The notes: generated by a model not told the origin, from the letters alone. A DNA stretch of 64,000 nucleotides from an uncultured bacterium (GCA_964565925.1 CAZMGV010000005.1:64100-128099), one strand, 5' to 3'. Positions 37,803-47,822 are shown, numbered from the stretch's first letter. Numbers and translations are program-made.

Positions 37803-39587
37803 ATGATCGAGGGCTACCAGGCTATCCTCAAATCCGGTTCCGACCGCGCCGGCGCAAATATCAAGGATTATGCCGACGCACGCCGGACTTTTACCTGGGA
37901 TGAGGCGAAATCCTGGGTGACGGGGCTTCCGGGCGGCAAGGGGCTGAATATCGCCTATGAAGCGGTGGACCGCCATGCGACGGGTGAGAGAGCGGGCCGG
38001 GTGGCGATCCGCTGGCTCGGCAAGCACGGCGGTTCGAAAGACATAACCTACTCGGAACTCTCCAGGCTCACGAACCGGTTTGCCGGTGCGCTGGGGGCTC
38101 TCGGCGTCCAGAAGGGCGACCGGGTGTGCGTGCTGCTCGGACGGGTGCCCGAGCTCTACGTCGCCGCGCTCGGGACGCTCAAGCACCGGGCCGTCTTCTG
38201 TCCGATGTTTTCCGCCTTCGGACCAGAGCCGATCCGGACCCGTCTCGAAATCAGCGAGGCGGCCGCGCTCGTTACGAGCGAAAAGCTGTACCGCCAGAAG
38301 GTGGCCCAGCTCCGCGAGAAACTCCCGAAACTCAAATACGTCATCCTCGTGAACGAGGAAGGCGGAGAGGCTGGCGATCCAACGCCGTCCGGCCCCGGGA
38401 TTGTCGGTTTTAACGACCTGATGGCGAAAGGGTCCGACCGTTACGAGATCGGCCCGACCGATCCGGAAGACCGGGCCATCCTGCATTTCACGAGCGGCAC
38501 CACCGGCACGCCCAAGGGTGCGATTCACGCGCATCAGGCGGTGGTCGTTCACCAGATGACCGGCAGGTTCGCCCTCGATCTGCACCCTGATGACATCTTC
38601 TGGTGCACGGCCGATCCGGGCTGGGTGACGGGGACCTCGTACGGGATCATCGCGCCGCTCACGCTCGGAGTCACCAATATCATCGACGAGGCGGATTTCT
38701 CCGCCGAGCGGTGGTACGGAATCCTGCAGGACCAGAAGGTCACGGTCTGGTACACGGCGCCCACCGCCATCCGTATGCTGATGAAGGCGGGCGAGGAGCC
38801 CGTGAAGAAGTTCAATCTCTCGTCGGTGCGGTTCATGGGAAGCGTGGGCGAGCCGCTCAATCCCGAGGCGGTCGTCTGGAGCCACCGCGTGCTCGGGCGG
38901 CCGTTCCACGACAACTGGTGGCAGACCGAAACGGGCGGCATCATGGTCGCCAACTACGCCTGCATGGAGATACGGCCCGGGTCCATGGGCCGACCGCTGC
39001 CGGGGATCGAGGCCGCCGTCGTGAAGAAACGGGAAGACGGGCACCTGGACGTGGTGACCCAGCCGGGGGTGCAGGGCGAACTGGCACTCAGGCCCGGCTG
39101 GCCGTCGATGTTCCGCGGATACCTTAACAACGATGAGCGGTACAAGAAGTCGTTCGTCGACGGCTGGTACCTCTCAGGTGATCTCGCCACCATCGATGCC
39201 GACGGATATTTCTGGTTCGTCGGCCGCGCCGACGACGTGATAAAGACGGCCGGGCACCTGATCGGTCCGTTCGAAGTGGAAAGCATCCTGATGCAGCACG
39301 AAGCGGTCGCCGAAGCGGGCGTGATCGGCAAACCCGATCCGGTCGCCATGGAAGTGATCAAGGCGTTCGTCACGCTTAAAAAAGGCTTCACGGCGAGCGA
39401 TGAACTCAAGCGTGACCTCATGGGCTTCGCCCGCAAGCGGCTGGGCGCCGCCGTGGCGCCGCGCGAGATCGAGATCCGCGACTGGCTGCCCAAGACCCGC
39501 AGCGGCAAGATCATGCGCCGGCTGCTCAAGGCCCAGGAACTGGGCCTCCCGCTCGGAGACACCTCGACGCTTGAAGAGCAGAGCTGA
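37803..39587 (+). CDS. AMP-forming acetyl-CoA-synthetase-family ligase (Acs/AcsA-like)
   Basis: Adenylate-forming motifs [12 protein letters not shown] (A3), WWQTETGG (Acs-characteristic), [38 protein letters not shown] (A8) and GKIMRR (A10 Lys). It starts 5 bp after the ACP gene. Confidence 0.75.
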   Translation: MIEGYQAILKSGSDRAGANIKDYADARRTFTWDEAKSWVTGLPGGKGLNIAYEAVDRHATGERAGRVAIRWLGKHGGSKDITYSELSRLTNRFAGALGALGVQKGDRVCVLLGRVPELYVAALGTLKHRAVFCPMFSAFGPEPIRTRLEISEAAALVTSEKLYRQKVAQLREKLPKLKYVILVNEEGGEAGDPTPSGPGIVGFNDLMAKGSDRYEIGPTDPEDRAILHFTSGTTGTPKGAIHAHQAVVVHQMTGRFALDLHPDDIFWCTADPGWVTGTSYGIIAPLTLGVTNIIDEADFSAERWYGILQDQKVTVWYTAPTAIRMLMKAGEEPVKKFNLSSVRFMGSVGEPLNPEAVVWSHRVLGRPFHDNWWQTETGGIMVANYACMEIRPGSMGRPLPGIEAAVVKKREDGHLDVVTQPGVQGELALRPGWPSMFRGYLNNDERYKKSFVDGWYLSGDLATIDADGYFWFVGRADDVIKTAGHLIGPFEVESILMQHEAVAEAGVIGKPDPVAMEVIKAFVTLKKGFTASDELKRDLMGFARKRLGAAVAPREIEIRDWLPKTRSGKIMRRLLKAQELGLPLGDTSTLEEQS

Positions 39588-39864
39588 CGTCCGGAATCGG
39601 GAATCACCTGCTTTGTTTCGGATCGACCCTAAAGGGCGGTAATCGTAATTGTGCCTCAATTGTGCCTGAACCACCCGAAACCATCGGAAACTACCGGTCA
39701 CCATTCTTTTCTGGGATTGAGGCTTGCCGTTCCGTACAACCAATATCGTCTTTATGCGTTCCGGCTCCCTGCGGATGTCCCGGGCACTGTTCAATTTCAC
39801 TTCTCCAAAAGCATCGGGGCCGGTCTTGCGACCGGCCCCGGGGAGGAGGAGTAGGGAGGAGAGA

Positions 39865-40476
39865 TCAGTTCAGTTCGTGGCTCACCGGGACCCCGGCGGA
39901 GGCGATCCGCTGTTCGGAGGTGTTGCGGTTACTGCCCGGGGTCAGGAACTCCGGGTTCACGAAGAGGCGGGCCACCGGCATCCGGGTGAGCGTGCCCTTC
40001 GGAGTGAGCGCCGCGGTGAAGGGGCCGGATTCGGTCACATGGTGATCCAGCCAGATCAGGTGGAGGGCTTCCAGCCGGGCCACCGCATCCATCACTTCGG
40101 TGCGGGTCAGTTTGCTGTCGCGGGCGAATTCGCGCAGGCCGGCCTGGCCGCGCCGGTCGAGCACCGCCAGCAGCTTCACGTCATTGCGCGTGATCCTGGC
40201 CCCGACCTGTGCCGAAAGTTCCTCGGCCGCCTGGTCCAGTTTCGCATATTCTTCCTGCTTCGCTTTCGGGGTGGCGAGCCCGTCGAAAAGTCCCGTGTGG
40301 GCGGCCGAGTCGGCAGCCACCGGCATGGCGACGGTTGATGCAGCCAGTGTTACCGGATGAACGACGAGGGCTCCGACGAGCATCGTCTCTCCTCCGGCGC
40401 AGGCCTGCAGCATCAGGCAGCTGGCGGCGATGGCGGCTAAGGGTATCGGGAGCTTTATGTTCTGGTGGTTCTTCAT
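39865..40476 (-). CDS. Hypothetical lipoprotein with a C-terminal winged-helix-like segment
   Basis: 203-aa ORF with a signal peptide and lipobox-like LQAC. The ELSAQ...LREFARDSKLTRTEVMDAVARLEALHLI segment resembles a MarR/HTH-like helix. I recognise no family. Confidence 0.35.
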   Translation of the reverse strand: MKNHQNIKLPIPLAAIAASCLMLQACAGGETMLVGALVVHPVTLAASTVAMPVAADSAAHTGLFDGLATPKAKQEEYAKLDQAAEELSAQVGARITRNDVKLLAVLDRRGQAGLREFARDSKLTRTEVMDAVARLEALHLIWLDHHVTESGPFTAALTPKGTLTRMPVARLFVNPEFLTPGSNRNTSEQRIASAGVPVSHELN

Positions 40477-40732
40477 GGTCCTATCCTCCTGGTGACTGGC
40501 GGTTTCCTTGGCCGCCGTGTCGTAACTGGAGGTCTTATTACAAGCCCCGTGCCACGGAGCAGGGCCACTTGAAAATCAGCGAATCGGGTGTTTTTGACGG
40601 AAATCCCGCTGAAAATGTGACTTTGAAGCGGTGGCCTGGGGAGAAGCGGAGCTTCCCACCGGTTTCCGGTGAGTTCTCGTGGTCAGGGGGGACCCGGCAG
40701 AGTTCGCCGGTGACTCATGGATCTTCAGGAGT

Positions 40733-41152
40733 TCAAGCGGTTCTGAGCTGGGGGATGCGGCGGGCGGGAATGCCACCAGGAGCTATACAGCGAGTCGCTT
40801 CGGCGATACGCAGGGCCACATCCGCCGGAGAAGCAGTCTTGTGGCTGGCAAAAGCAATCTTCAGGTGGGCGTTTGTCTTATGAATGGTGGCGGGGTCGTC
40901 CCAGAACGGAAGCAGGAGACCGGCCGGCGACGTCACGCCGGATTTGCGGATCGCCTGGAGCCAGCCCAACCCGTTTGCGCCGGGCAACTGGGTGTCGAGA
41001 AGGATCAGGTCGAATTCGACCTTCTGGAGTGAGCTCTCGGCCGCGCCGGCATTGGCGACGGGGACCACCAGGGCGCCCCGTGCCTTCAGGATCGGCGCCA
41101 GGCGGCGCATGAAGAAGTGGTCGTCTCCGGCCAGCAGCAGTTTAGAGGTCAT
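40733..41152 (-). CDS. Single-domain response regulator (CheY-like receiver)
   Basis: LLLAGDDHFFMRRL...DLILLDTQLPGANG... has the receiver layout, but the conserved T/S and K are atypical (LLPFW). Confidence 0.6.
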   Translation of the reverse strand: MTSKLLLAGDDHFFMRRLAPILKARGALVVPVANAGAAESSLQKVEFDLILLDTQLPGANGLGWLQAIRKSGVTSPAGLLLPFWDDPATIHKTNAHLKIAFASHKTASPADVALRIAEATRCIAPGGIPARRIPQLRTA

Positions 41153-41165
41153 GGTCGTCTCTCCC

Positions 41166-41627
41166 TCAACTCCGTGCGGCGGGTGCCCGCAGCCAGTGTA
41201 CCGCCGCTTCCAGGAACTGCTCCCGGTGAAAAGGCAGCGTGAGAATGCTCTCCATCCGTTCCCGGATCTCCGGAGGCGGCTCCGGCAGTTCGCGGCGGGT
41301 GATCCCGATCGCAGGAACCCTGTTGCGACTGTTCAGCTGTGCGAACAGGCCGCCCGCCTGATTGCCGGCCATGGCGCCGGTCAGTTCCGGCCCGAATGCC
41401 AGATCCAGAACAATGAGATCCGGCCGGCAGTTGCGGATGATCCGGTCGAACATGTGCGCATCGCTCAGGGACACAATGTCGCAGTCAGTGGCTTCCTTCA
41501 GGATATCGCCCAGCACATCGCATCCGTCGGGTTTGTGCAGGACCACGACCAGCTTGGCCGGAGCCATGGCTTTCAGCGTGTTCCGCATGAGGGGTTCTCC
41601 CGCAATTTCCTGTATCCGGATACTCAT
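41166..41627 (-). CDS. Receiver-like (possibly degenerate) single-domain protein
   Basis: KLVVVLHKPDGCDVLGDILKE...DLIVLDLAFGPELTG...AIGITRR shows a receiver-like alternation but lacks the N-terminal DD pair. Confidence 0.45.
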   Translation of the reverse strand: MSIRIQEIAGEPLMRNTLKAMAPAKLVVVLHKPDGCDVLGDILKEATDCDIVSLSDAHMFDRIIRNCRPDLIVLDLAFGPELTGAMAGNQAGGLFAQLNSRNRVPAIGITRRELPEPPPEIRERMESILTLPFHREQFLEAAVHWLRAPAARS

Positions 41628-41628
41628 C

Positions 41629-42096
41629 TCAGCAGGCCACCTTGATGGGTTCGGCCAGGTTTTCGTTCAGAAGTTCGGGGAACTCGCCCATATCCGGGTC
41701 GAGCACTTCGCGCCGGGTCTTGGGCAGACATTCCGCGCGAAGGAGCTTGTTGTCGATCAGGTACATAAGGTCGTTCTTCGACATGTACAGGTCCACGCCG
41801 AAGTCGGCCGCATGGAAGGGGTCGGGCGACTCGGGATTGGCCGTGGCGACGATCGTGAACGGATTGTGATCCGCGCCGAACGGAGGCCGGAGCCGGCTGC
41901 ACAGTTCGATACCGGTCATTCTCGGCATGAACTCGTCGGCGATCACGAGGTCGGGGCGCAGCAGCGACGCAATCTTGATTGCGTCGTGGCCGTCTGTGGC
42001 CGTCCACACCTCGTAGCCCTCCCTCGAGAGCTGCTGGTCGATGATCTTCTGGAAAAACGGGTTGTCATCCGCGACTAATACTTTGAACTTTTTCAT
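41629..42096 (-). CDS. Single-domain response regulator (CheY-like receiver)
   Basis: MKKFKVLVADDNPFFQKII...DLVIADEFMPRMTGIELC...TIVATAN has the canonical DD, D, T and K positions. The start is at the internal Met of the 166-aa track ORF. Confidence 0.7.
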   Translation of the reverse strand: MKKFKVLVADDNPFFQKIIDQQLSREGYEVWTATDGHDAIKIASLLRPDLVIADEFMPRMTGIELCSRLRPPFGADHNPFTIVATANPESPDPFHAADFGVDLYMSKNDLMYLIDNKLLRAECLPKTRREVLDPDMGEFPELLNENLAEPIKVAC

Positions 42097-42298
42097 GGCT
42101 GCCTCCTGCTCACGGAAGCAGTAACGCAAAAGCAGTGCCGAAATGGCGCTGTCGTGAAAAATGCGAATTCGGCCCGAATATGGGCAAAAACAGGCTTTTT
42201 TTGTTGTTAAAAAGGCTCACCGGGGTGGTGATATTTGGAGGTGGCAGGGGTGTCCCCGGACTCCGGGGTAAAATCCGACCCGGGGTTTGGGGCCGTAT

Positions 42299-43738
42299 TC
42301 AGGACTCTTTCGGGGGGTCTTCGGAGTCTTCCGGGAGCGTGCTACCCGACTGGAATTTCTGGTACAGGCGGCGAAAATTGCTGCGGTCCATCCCGGCTAC
42401 CTCGGCCGCCTTGGTCATGCTGTTGCCTGTAAGCTTCATGACGTGTTCGATATACGCGAGCGTGATCCGGGCAAGGTGGCGGTCCTTCACGTCCTGGTAG
42501 GGACCGTCGAGGTTTTCCGCGGTGCCGGTGCCATTGCCGCCTGAACCGGAAGCCGGAACGCGAACGGTCCCCTGGAAATCGACGAGATTGCTCTTTGAAA
42601 GCACGACGGCCCGTTCGACCGCGTTCTTGAGTTCGCGGATATTGCCGGGCCAGCTGTGCGACAGCAGGAAGTTCAAGGCGTCGGGGCTGAACCCCTCCGC
42701 CCGTTTCTGGTACTTGCGGGCAAACTGGTTCAGGAATACATGGGCGATCAGCTCCACGTCGCCGGGTCTTGAACGCAAGGGCGGCACTTCGATGCGGATG
42801 ACGTTGAGCCGGTAGTAGAGGTCCTCCCTGAACCGCTTTTCCTTTACCTCCTTCTCGAGGTTCCGGTTCGTCGCGGAGATGATCCGTACATCTACCTTGC
42901 GGGTGTCGGAACTGCCGACCCGGCGGATCTCCCCTTCCTGGAGGGTGCGCAGCAGTTTGGCCTGCATTGGAAGCGGCAGTTCGCCCATTTCGTCCAGAAA
43001 CAGCGTACCGCCGTTCGCGGTTTCAAAGAGCCCGGCGCGGGCCCGGTCGGCGCCGGTGAACGAACCCTTCTCGTGGCCGAACAGTTCGGCTTCAAAGAGC
43101 GTTTCCGTGAAAGCCGAACAGTTGGCGACAACGAAGGGGGCGGATTTGCGGTTGGACCGGTCGTGCAGCGCACGGGCGATCAGTTCTTTCCCTGTGCCGC
43201 TCTCGCCCGTGACCAGGACCGGTACATCGGTGGGGCCGGCCACTTCGATCAGACTGCGGATTTCCTCGATGGCCGGGCTCTGTCCCAGCAGGATCGAGGC
43301 GACGGTCGAGCCGCCCCGCTCCAGCTCCACGGCCTTGCGCCGCAGATGAACGAGTTCGGCCGCCCGGTGCAGAACCATCAGAAGCCGCTCATTGTCGAAC
43401 GGTTTCATGATGTATTCGTAGGCACCCTGACGCACCGCCTTCACGGCTTCCGGTACGTCACCATGAGCCGTGATGAAGATCACTTCCGGATCACCGGGCA
43501 GGCGCCGGTAGTCGTTCAGGGCATCAAGACCCGTCCGCCCTGGCATGGAGACATCCGAAATAATCACATCCGTCTGAAGGTTCGCCAATCCCTGCAGGGC
43601 GTCGGCGACGGACGAGAACGTGTGTGTCTCGTAGCCGTTGGCATCCAGCACGCGCTTGTACAGGCCCAGAATCGCCTTCTCGTCGTCGATAAGCGCCACA
43701 ATTGTAGGGGAAGCGTTCTCCGGCACCTTCATCTCCAT
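42299..43738 (-). CDS. Sigma-54-dependent transcriptional response regulator (NtrC family: REC + AAA+ + Fis-type HTH)
   Basis: REC is IVALIDDEKAIL...DVIISDVSMPGRTG. The sigma54-interaction domain has GESGTGKELIARALH, GAFTGA and ESELFGHEKGSFTGA. The C-terminal HTH is YIEHVMKLTGNSMTKAAEVAGMDRSNFRRLYQKF. The start is at MEMKVPEN. Confidence 0.85.
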   Translation of the reverse strand: MEMKVPENASPTIVALIDDEKAILGLYKRVLDANGYETHTFSSVADALQGLANLQTDVIISDVSMPGRTGLDALNDYRRLPGDPEVIFITAHGDVPEAVKAVRQGAYEYIMKPFDNERLLMVLHRAAELVHLRRKAVELERGGSTVASILLGQSPAIEEIRSLIEVAGPTDVPVLVTGESGTGKELIARALHDRSNRKSAPFVVANCSAFTETLFEAELFGHEKGSFTGADRARAGLFETANGGTLFLDEMGELPLPMQAKLLRTLQEGEIRRVGSSDTRKVDVRIISATNRNLEKEVKEKRFREDLYYRLNVIRIEVPPLRSRPGDVELIAHVFLNQFARKYQKRAEGFSPDALNFLLSHSWPGNIRELKNAVERAVVLSKSNLVDFQGTVRVPASGSGGNGTGTAENLDGPYQDVKDRHLARITLAYIEHVMKLTGNSMTKAAEVAGMDRSNFRRLYQKFQSGSTLPEDSEDPPKES

Positions 43739-43852
43739 CAGAGGTTCAGTGATACGGACACATGCATACTCGGCAACAGCAGTATTCAGCGACCGCATGA
43801 TCTTAGCCAGTTAAATTCGGGAGTGGCGAGAAATCAGCTAAAAAATTGAATT

Positions 43853-43879
43853 ACAACGGATAACCGCAATATCCGTTGT
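43853..43879. promoter_or_regulatory. Perfect 10-bp inverted repeat ACAACGGATA-n7-TATCCGTTGT in the AT-rich divergent intergenic region between the NtrC-type regulator and the CHASE3 kinase gene
   Basis: Read directly from the sequence. The surrounding 43800-44050 stretch is markedly AT-rich relative to the window. Confidence 0.4.
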
Positions 43880-44051
43880 AGTTGTTAGGCAATGCCCAAA
43901 TGCGTCAAAATGGTTCCTTATTGGCACATATTCGTGATTTGCAGAGGGTCATCCTTTGAATTCAATTTCCAGGAATACGAAAAACCGCTATTATATCTGA
44001 ACTTTTCGATAGACCTTAGATACGGGTTGCAGGTGAAGCGGGGACATTTCG

Positions 44052-45836
44052 TTGGCAAGGCGATGGCATGTAGAGCGCAACGTGACGATTGCGCTGGTAG
44101 CCGCGTTCGCGGTTACCGGTGTCGCCGGGCTTGAAGCGTACCGCAATGCCGCCGAGTTCGTTTATACCAACCGCATCGTTAATCACACGCACGAAGTCCT
44201 GGTTTCCATTTCAAAAGTGATGGGCTCCGCCCGTGATCTTCAGTCGGATCTGCGGAGCTACGTTTTGATCGGGGACGAGAAGTTTCTCGACGCATATTTC
44301 AAGTCACGCCAGCGTGCGCAGGTTGACCTGGACGCACTGGAAGCGCTGACTTCGGATAACTCCCACCAGACGGCCCGGGTCGGGGAGATCCGGAAGCTGA
44401 TCACCACCCGTATCGAATACGATGATGAGGTGATGAAGGCCCTGCGGACCGAGGGTTATGAAGCTGCCCGTAAAATAATCGCATCCGGCCGGGGCGCTGC
44501 GATTACGGACCAGATCCGGAAGGTGGTCGTTTCCATGGAGGATGAAGAGACCGGTCTGCTGAAAACCCGCAGTGACCTGTCGAACGTCTCGGAAGCCAAT
44601 CTCCGGTTGAAATTCATATTCCTGACGGCACTCGGACTCATGGTTATCGGCGCCACGTTTTCCATCGTTAACCGGGATGCCGGGGCCCGGAGTTTTGCCG
44701 AACAGGCGCTACGTGAAAACGAGGAACAGCTTCAGAGCATGCTCGATAACACGTCGTGGGTGATCTCCATGCGGGATCCGGACGGCCGGTTTCAGATGAT
44801 CAACCGTCAGTTCGAGAAAACCTTCGGCCTGTCCAGAGAGAAAGCCCGGGATATGACTGTCGCAGAGCTGTTTCCCGGCCAGGCAGAATCGATAGACATT
44901 CACGACCGTATGGCGATCGAACGCGGCGGGCCTGTCGAGTATGAAGAACGCACACCGCTGCCGGACGGAATGCATACCTGGTCGGTGACGAAGTTTCCTA
45001 TCTGCAATCCGGACGGCTCTCTGAGAGCCCTGTGCGCCATGTCAGTCGATATCACAGACCGCAAGAAAGCGGAGGAACAGAACCTCCTGCTGAACAGCCA
45101 GCTGGCGGCGACGAATAAAGAGCTGGAGGCTTTCAGCTATTCGGTATCCCACGATCTGCGGGCTCCGCTCCGCAGCATCGACGGGTTCAGTCAGGCACTG
45201 GTCGAGGATTATGCCGGGAAACTTGATTCTGAAGCCCGTGACTATCTGGACCGTATCCGTGCCGGCGTCGGGCGTATGGCTCAGCTGATCGACGACCTGC
45301 TGGATTTGGCCCGCGTAGGACGTACGGAAATGAACGTCGCCCGGGTGGATGCCTCGGCGATGGCAAACGCGGTCGTAGCCGATATCCGCGGGCGCGAGCC
45401 GAACCGGCAGGCGGAGATACTCGTGCAGAACGACCTGTCTGCGTTTGCCGACGCCCGGCTGCTCCGGGTGGTGCTGGAAAATCTGGTCGGCAACGCCTGG
45501 AAATTCAGCTCCCAGCGGGAACGGGCGCGGATAGAGCTGGGTCAGGAACACCTCCCGGACGGCACGCCTTATTTTTTTGTGAAAGATAACGGGGCCGGTT
45601 TCGATATGGCCTATGCGGGGAAGCTGTTCGGCATCTTTCAACGGCTCCATGCGATGAACGAATTCGAGGGGACCGGTATCGGACTCGCGACGGTGCAGCG
45701 GATAGTTCACCGGCACGGCGGGAAAATCTGGGCCGAAGGTGCGGTGGGCAGGGGAGCGAAGATCAGCTTCACGTTCCCGCCGCTGGGCGATGATAGAGGC
45801 AGCGAGCCGCCGGAAAGTCATAGTGCAACGGCCTGA
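44052..45836 (+). CDS. Sensor histidine kinase with a periplasmic CHASE3 domain, PAS domain, HisKA (phytochrome-like) and HATPase_c
   Basis: The CHASE3-like N-terminus is TNRIVNHTHEVLVSISKVMGSARDLQSDLRSYVLIGDEKFLDAYF...). The H-box is FSYSVSHDLRAPLRSIDGF. The N/G1/G2 boxes are LVGNAWKF...DNGAGFD...GTGIGLATV. Confidence 0.75.
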   Translation: MARRWHVERNVTIALVAAFAVTGVAGLEAYRNAAEFVYTNRIVNHTHEVLVSISKVMGSARDLQSDLRSYVLIGDEKFLDAYFKSRQRAQVDLDALEALTSDNSHQTARVGEIRKLITTRIEYDDEVMKALRTEGYEAARKIIASGRGAAITDQIRKVVVSMEDEETGLLKTRSDLSNVSEANLRLKFIFLTALGLMVIGATFSIVNRDAGARSFAEQALRENEEQLQSMLDNTSWVISMRDPDGRFQMINRQFEKTFGLSREKARDMTVAELFPGQAESIDIHDRMAIERGGPVEYEERTPLPDGMHTWSVTKFPICNPDGSLRALCAMSVDITDRKKAEEQNLLLNSQLAATNKELEAFSYSVSHDLRAPLRSIDGFSQALVEDYAGKLDSEARDYLDRIRAGVGRMAQLIDDLLDLARVGRTEMNVARVDASAMANAVVADIRGREPNRQAEILVQNDLSAFADARLLRVVLENLVGNAWKFSSQRERARIELGQEHLPDGTPYFFVKDNGAGFDMAYAGKLFGIFQRLHAMNEFEGTGIGLATVQRIVHRHGGKIWAEGAVGRGAKISFTFPPLGDDRGSEPPESHSATA

Positions 45837-45861
45837 CGGCCGAGAGGACAGGGGAGTTTTT

Positions 45862-46296
45862 ATGTCAGGTGGAACCATTCTGCTCGTCGAAGATAATCCC
45901 GACGACGAAGCGCTCACATTGCGGTCGTTGAAGAAGAACCACATCGCCAATGAAGTCTATGTGGTGCGCGACGGTGCGGAGGCGCTCGACTATCTGTTCG
46001 GGACGGGGCCATTCGCTGCCAAGCGGCCTCCGCTGCCGCAGGTTGTCCTGCTGGACCTGAAGCTTCCCAAGGTCGACGGATTCGAGGTGCTCAGGCGGAT
46101 ACGGGAAACCCCGGCGACGAAACTCCTTCCGGTGGTCATCTTCACCTCGTCGAAGGAGGAGCGCGATATTGCCGAAGGGTATGCCAAAGGCGCCAACAGT
46201 TATGTGCGGAAACCTGTCGACTTCAAGGATTTCGCAGAAGCGGTGGCCAGCCTCCAGCTCTACTGGCTGGTGACAAACGAGCCTCCCAAGATATGA
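45862..46296 (+). CDS. Single-domain response regulator (Rcp1/CheY-like)
   Basis: ILLVEDNPDDEALT...VVLLDLKLPKVDGFEVLRRIR...VVIFTSS...YVRKPVD. The start is at the internal Met of the 185-aa track ORF. Confidence 0.75.
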   Translation: MSGGTILLVEDNPDDEALTLRSLKKNHIANEVYVVRDGAEALDYLFGTGPFAAKRPPLPQVVLLDLKLPKVDGFEVLRRIRETPATKLLPVVIFTSSKEERDIAEGYAKGANSYVRKPVDFKDFAEAVASLQLYWLVTNEPPKI

Positions 46297-47822
46297 GCGG
46301 TGCATCAAGTATAGCCGGTGACCTGAGGGTCCTCTTTGTGGAGGATTCCGAGGACGACGCCCTCCTTCTGACCCGGACGATGGTGAAGGCCGGGTACAAA
46401 ATCGTCTCGCACCGGGTCGAGACGGCCGAAACGCTCAGGGAAGCGCTGCTCAACCAGTTATGGGATCTGGTGATTTCGGATTTCCAGATGCCGGCTTTCA
46501 ACGGCGCGGCCGCACTGGCGATGGTTCGGGAGATGATGCCCGACCTCCCGTTCATCGCGGTTTCGGGGACCCGGGGCGAGGACTATGTCGTCAAGGCAAT
46601 GCACGACGGCGCGACGGACTTTCTGGTCAAGACGAATCTCGCGCGGCTGGTACCGGCCGTCGAGAGGGCCCTGAAAGAAAAAGCGATCAGCAGGGCGAAG
46701 GTGGAACTGGAGCGGCAACTGGCGGTCGCGCAGAAAATGGAAGCGGTCGGCCGTCTGGCGGCCGGGGTTGCTCACGACTTCAACAACCTGCTCGTCATTA
46801 TCAACGGCCATGCACAGATGGCTCACGCCGAACTGAAACAGCGTGATCCGGTAATGGCGGGAGATATCCTCAATATCCTCCGCGCGGGCGAGCGGGCGGC
46901 CGACCTCACTCGACGCCTCCTGACGTTCAGCCGGAGCAAAATCGCGATGGTCCGGGTATTGAAGCTGAACGGCGCCGTCTCGGACATGGAAAAGCTGCTC
47001 CGCCGCCTGATCCGGGAGGACGTGACCGTTAAGACGGTGCTGTGCGCGGACCCGTGGCCAATCGAAGCGGATCCGGGGAACATCGACCAGGTCATCCTGA
47101 ATCTGGTGGTGAACGCCTCGGATGCCATGTCGAACGGCGGTACGCTGACCATCGAAACCGCGAACGAGATCGTGGACGGGGTGCGCTTCGCGGTTCTGAA
47201 GGTCGTTGATACCGGCACCGGGATGAGTCCGGAAGTTCAGGCGCGCATATTCGAACCGTTTTTTACCACGAAAGAGGTCGGTAAAGGCACCGGGCTCGGG
47301 CTCCCGACGATTTACGGGATCGTTCAGTCCCACGGCGGATCGATCGAGGTGCAAAGCGCCGAAGGCGCGGGAACGACTTTTACGGTGCGGTTCCCGGTTA
47401 CGGAGAAGGGCGCTGTCCCGAAGGATTCCAGGTCTGAACCGGTACGTGGCGGTAGCGAAACCATTCTCATCGTCGAGGACCAGCCCGAGGTATCCAGGGT
47501 AGCCGTCCGGGTGCTCGGCAATTTGGGTTACCGGCTGATGGAAGCCAGAAACGGGATCGAGGCCGTCGGACTTTCCGATACCGAACTGAACAAAATCGAC
47601 ATGCTGCTGACCGATGTCGTGATGCCGCATATGAACGGTACCGAGGTCGCCGAACGGCTGCGTCGCCGGAAACCCGGTCTGAAGGTGCTGTTCCTGTCGG
47701 GCCATGTGGCCGATGTGACGGAGGGCTTCGGTCTGGATTCGGCGGGGCTGGAGTTCCTGCGGAAACCGTATGCGATCGAGGATCTGGCGCTCAGGGTGAG
47801 GGTGATCCTCGATCGTAAGTGA
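46293..47822 (+). CDS. Hybrid histidine kinase (REC-HisKA-HATPase_c-REC)
   Basis: The N-terminal REC is VLFVEDSEDDALLL...VISDFQMPAFNG. The H-box is AAGVAHDFNNLL, HATPase is GTGLGLPTIYGIV, and the C-terminal REC is ILIVEDQPEV...LLTDVVMPHMNG. Confidence 0.8.
   Translation: MSGASSIAGDLRVLFVEDSEDDALLLTRTMVKAGYKIVSHRVETAETLREALLNQLWDLVISDFQMPAFNGAAALAMVREMMPDLPFIAVSGTRGEDYVVKAMHDGATDFLVKTNLARLVPAVERALKEKAISRAKVELERQLAVAQKMEAVGRLAAGVAHDFNNLLVIINGHAQMAHAELKQRDPVMAGDILNILRAGERAADLTRRLLTFSRSKIAMVRVLKLNGAVSDMEKLLRRLIREDVTVKTVLCADPWPIEADPGNIDQVILNLVVNASDAMSNGGTLTIETANEIVDGVRFAVLKVVDTGTGMSPEVQARIFEPFFTTKEVGKGTGLGLPTIYGIVQSHGGSIEVQSAEGAGTTFTVRFPVTEKGAVPKDSRSEPVRGGSETILIVEDQPEVSRVAVRVLGNLGYRLMEARNGIEAVGLSDTELNKIDMLLTDVVMPHMNGTEVAERLRRRKPGLKVLFLSGHVADVTEGFGLDSAGLEFLRKPYAIEDLALRVRVILDRK

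Noticed and set aside
42196-42226. A/T-rich imperfect inverted repeat (AGGCTTTTTTTGTTGTTAAAAAGGCT) downstream of the NtrC-type gene, as a terminator
   Set aside because: The stem would be almost entirely A-T and the arms are imperfect (aggc vs agcc). It is not a convincing intrinsic terminator.
43955-43980. TGGCAC...TTGCA near the CHASE3 kinase promoter as a sigma54 -24/-12 element
   Set aside because: The GG and GC dinucleotides are 17 nt apart rather than the canonical 11 to 12, so the spacing does not fit.
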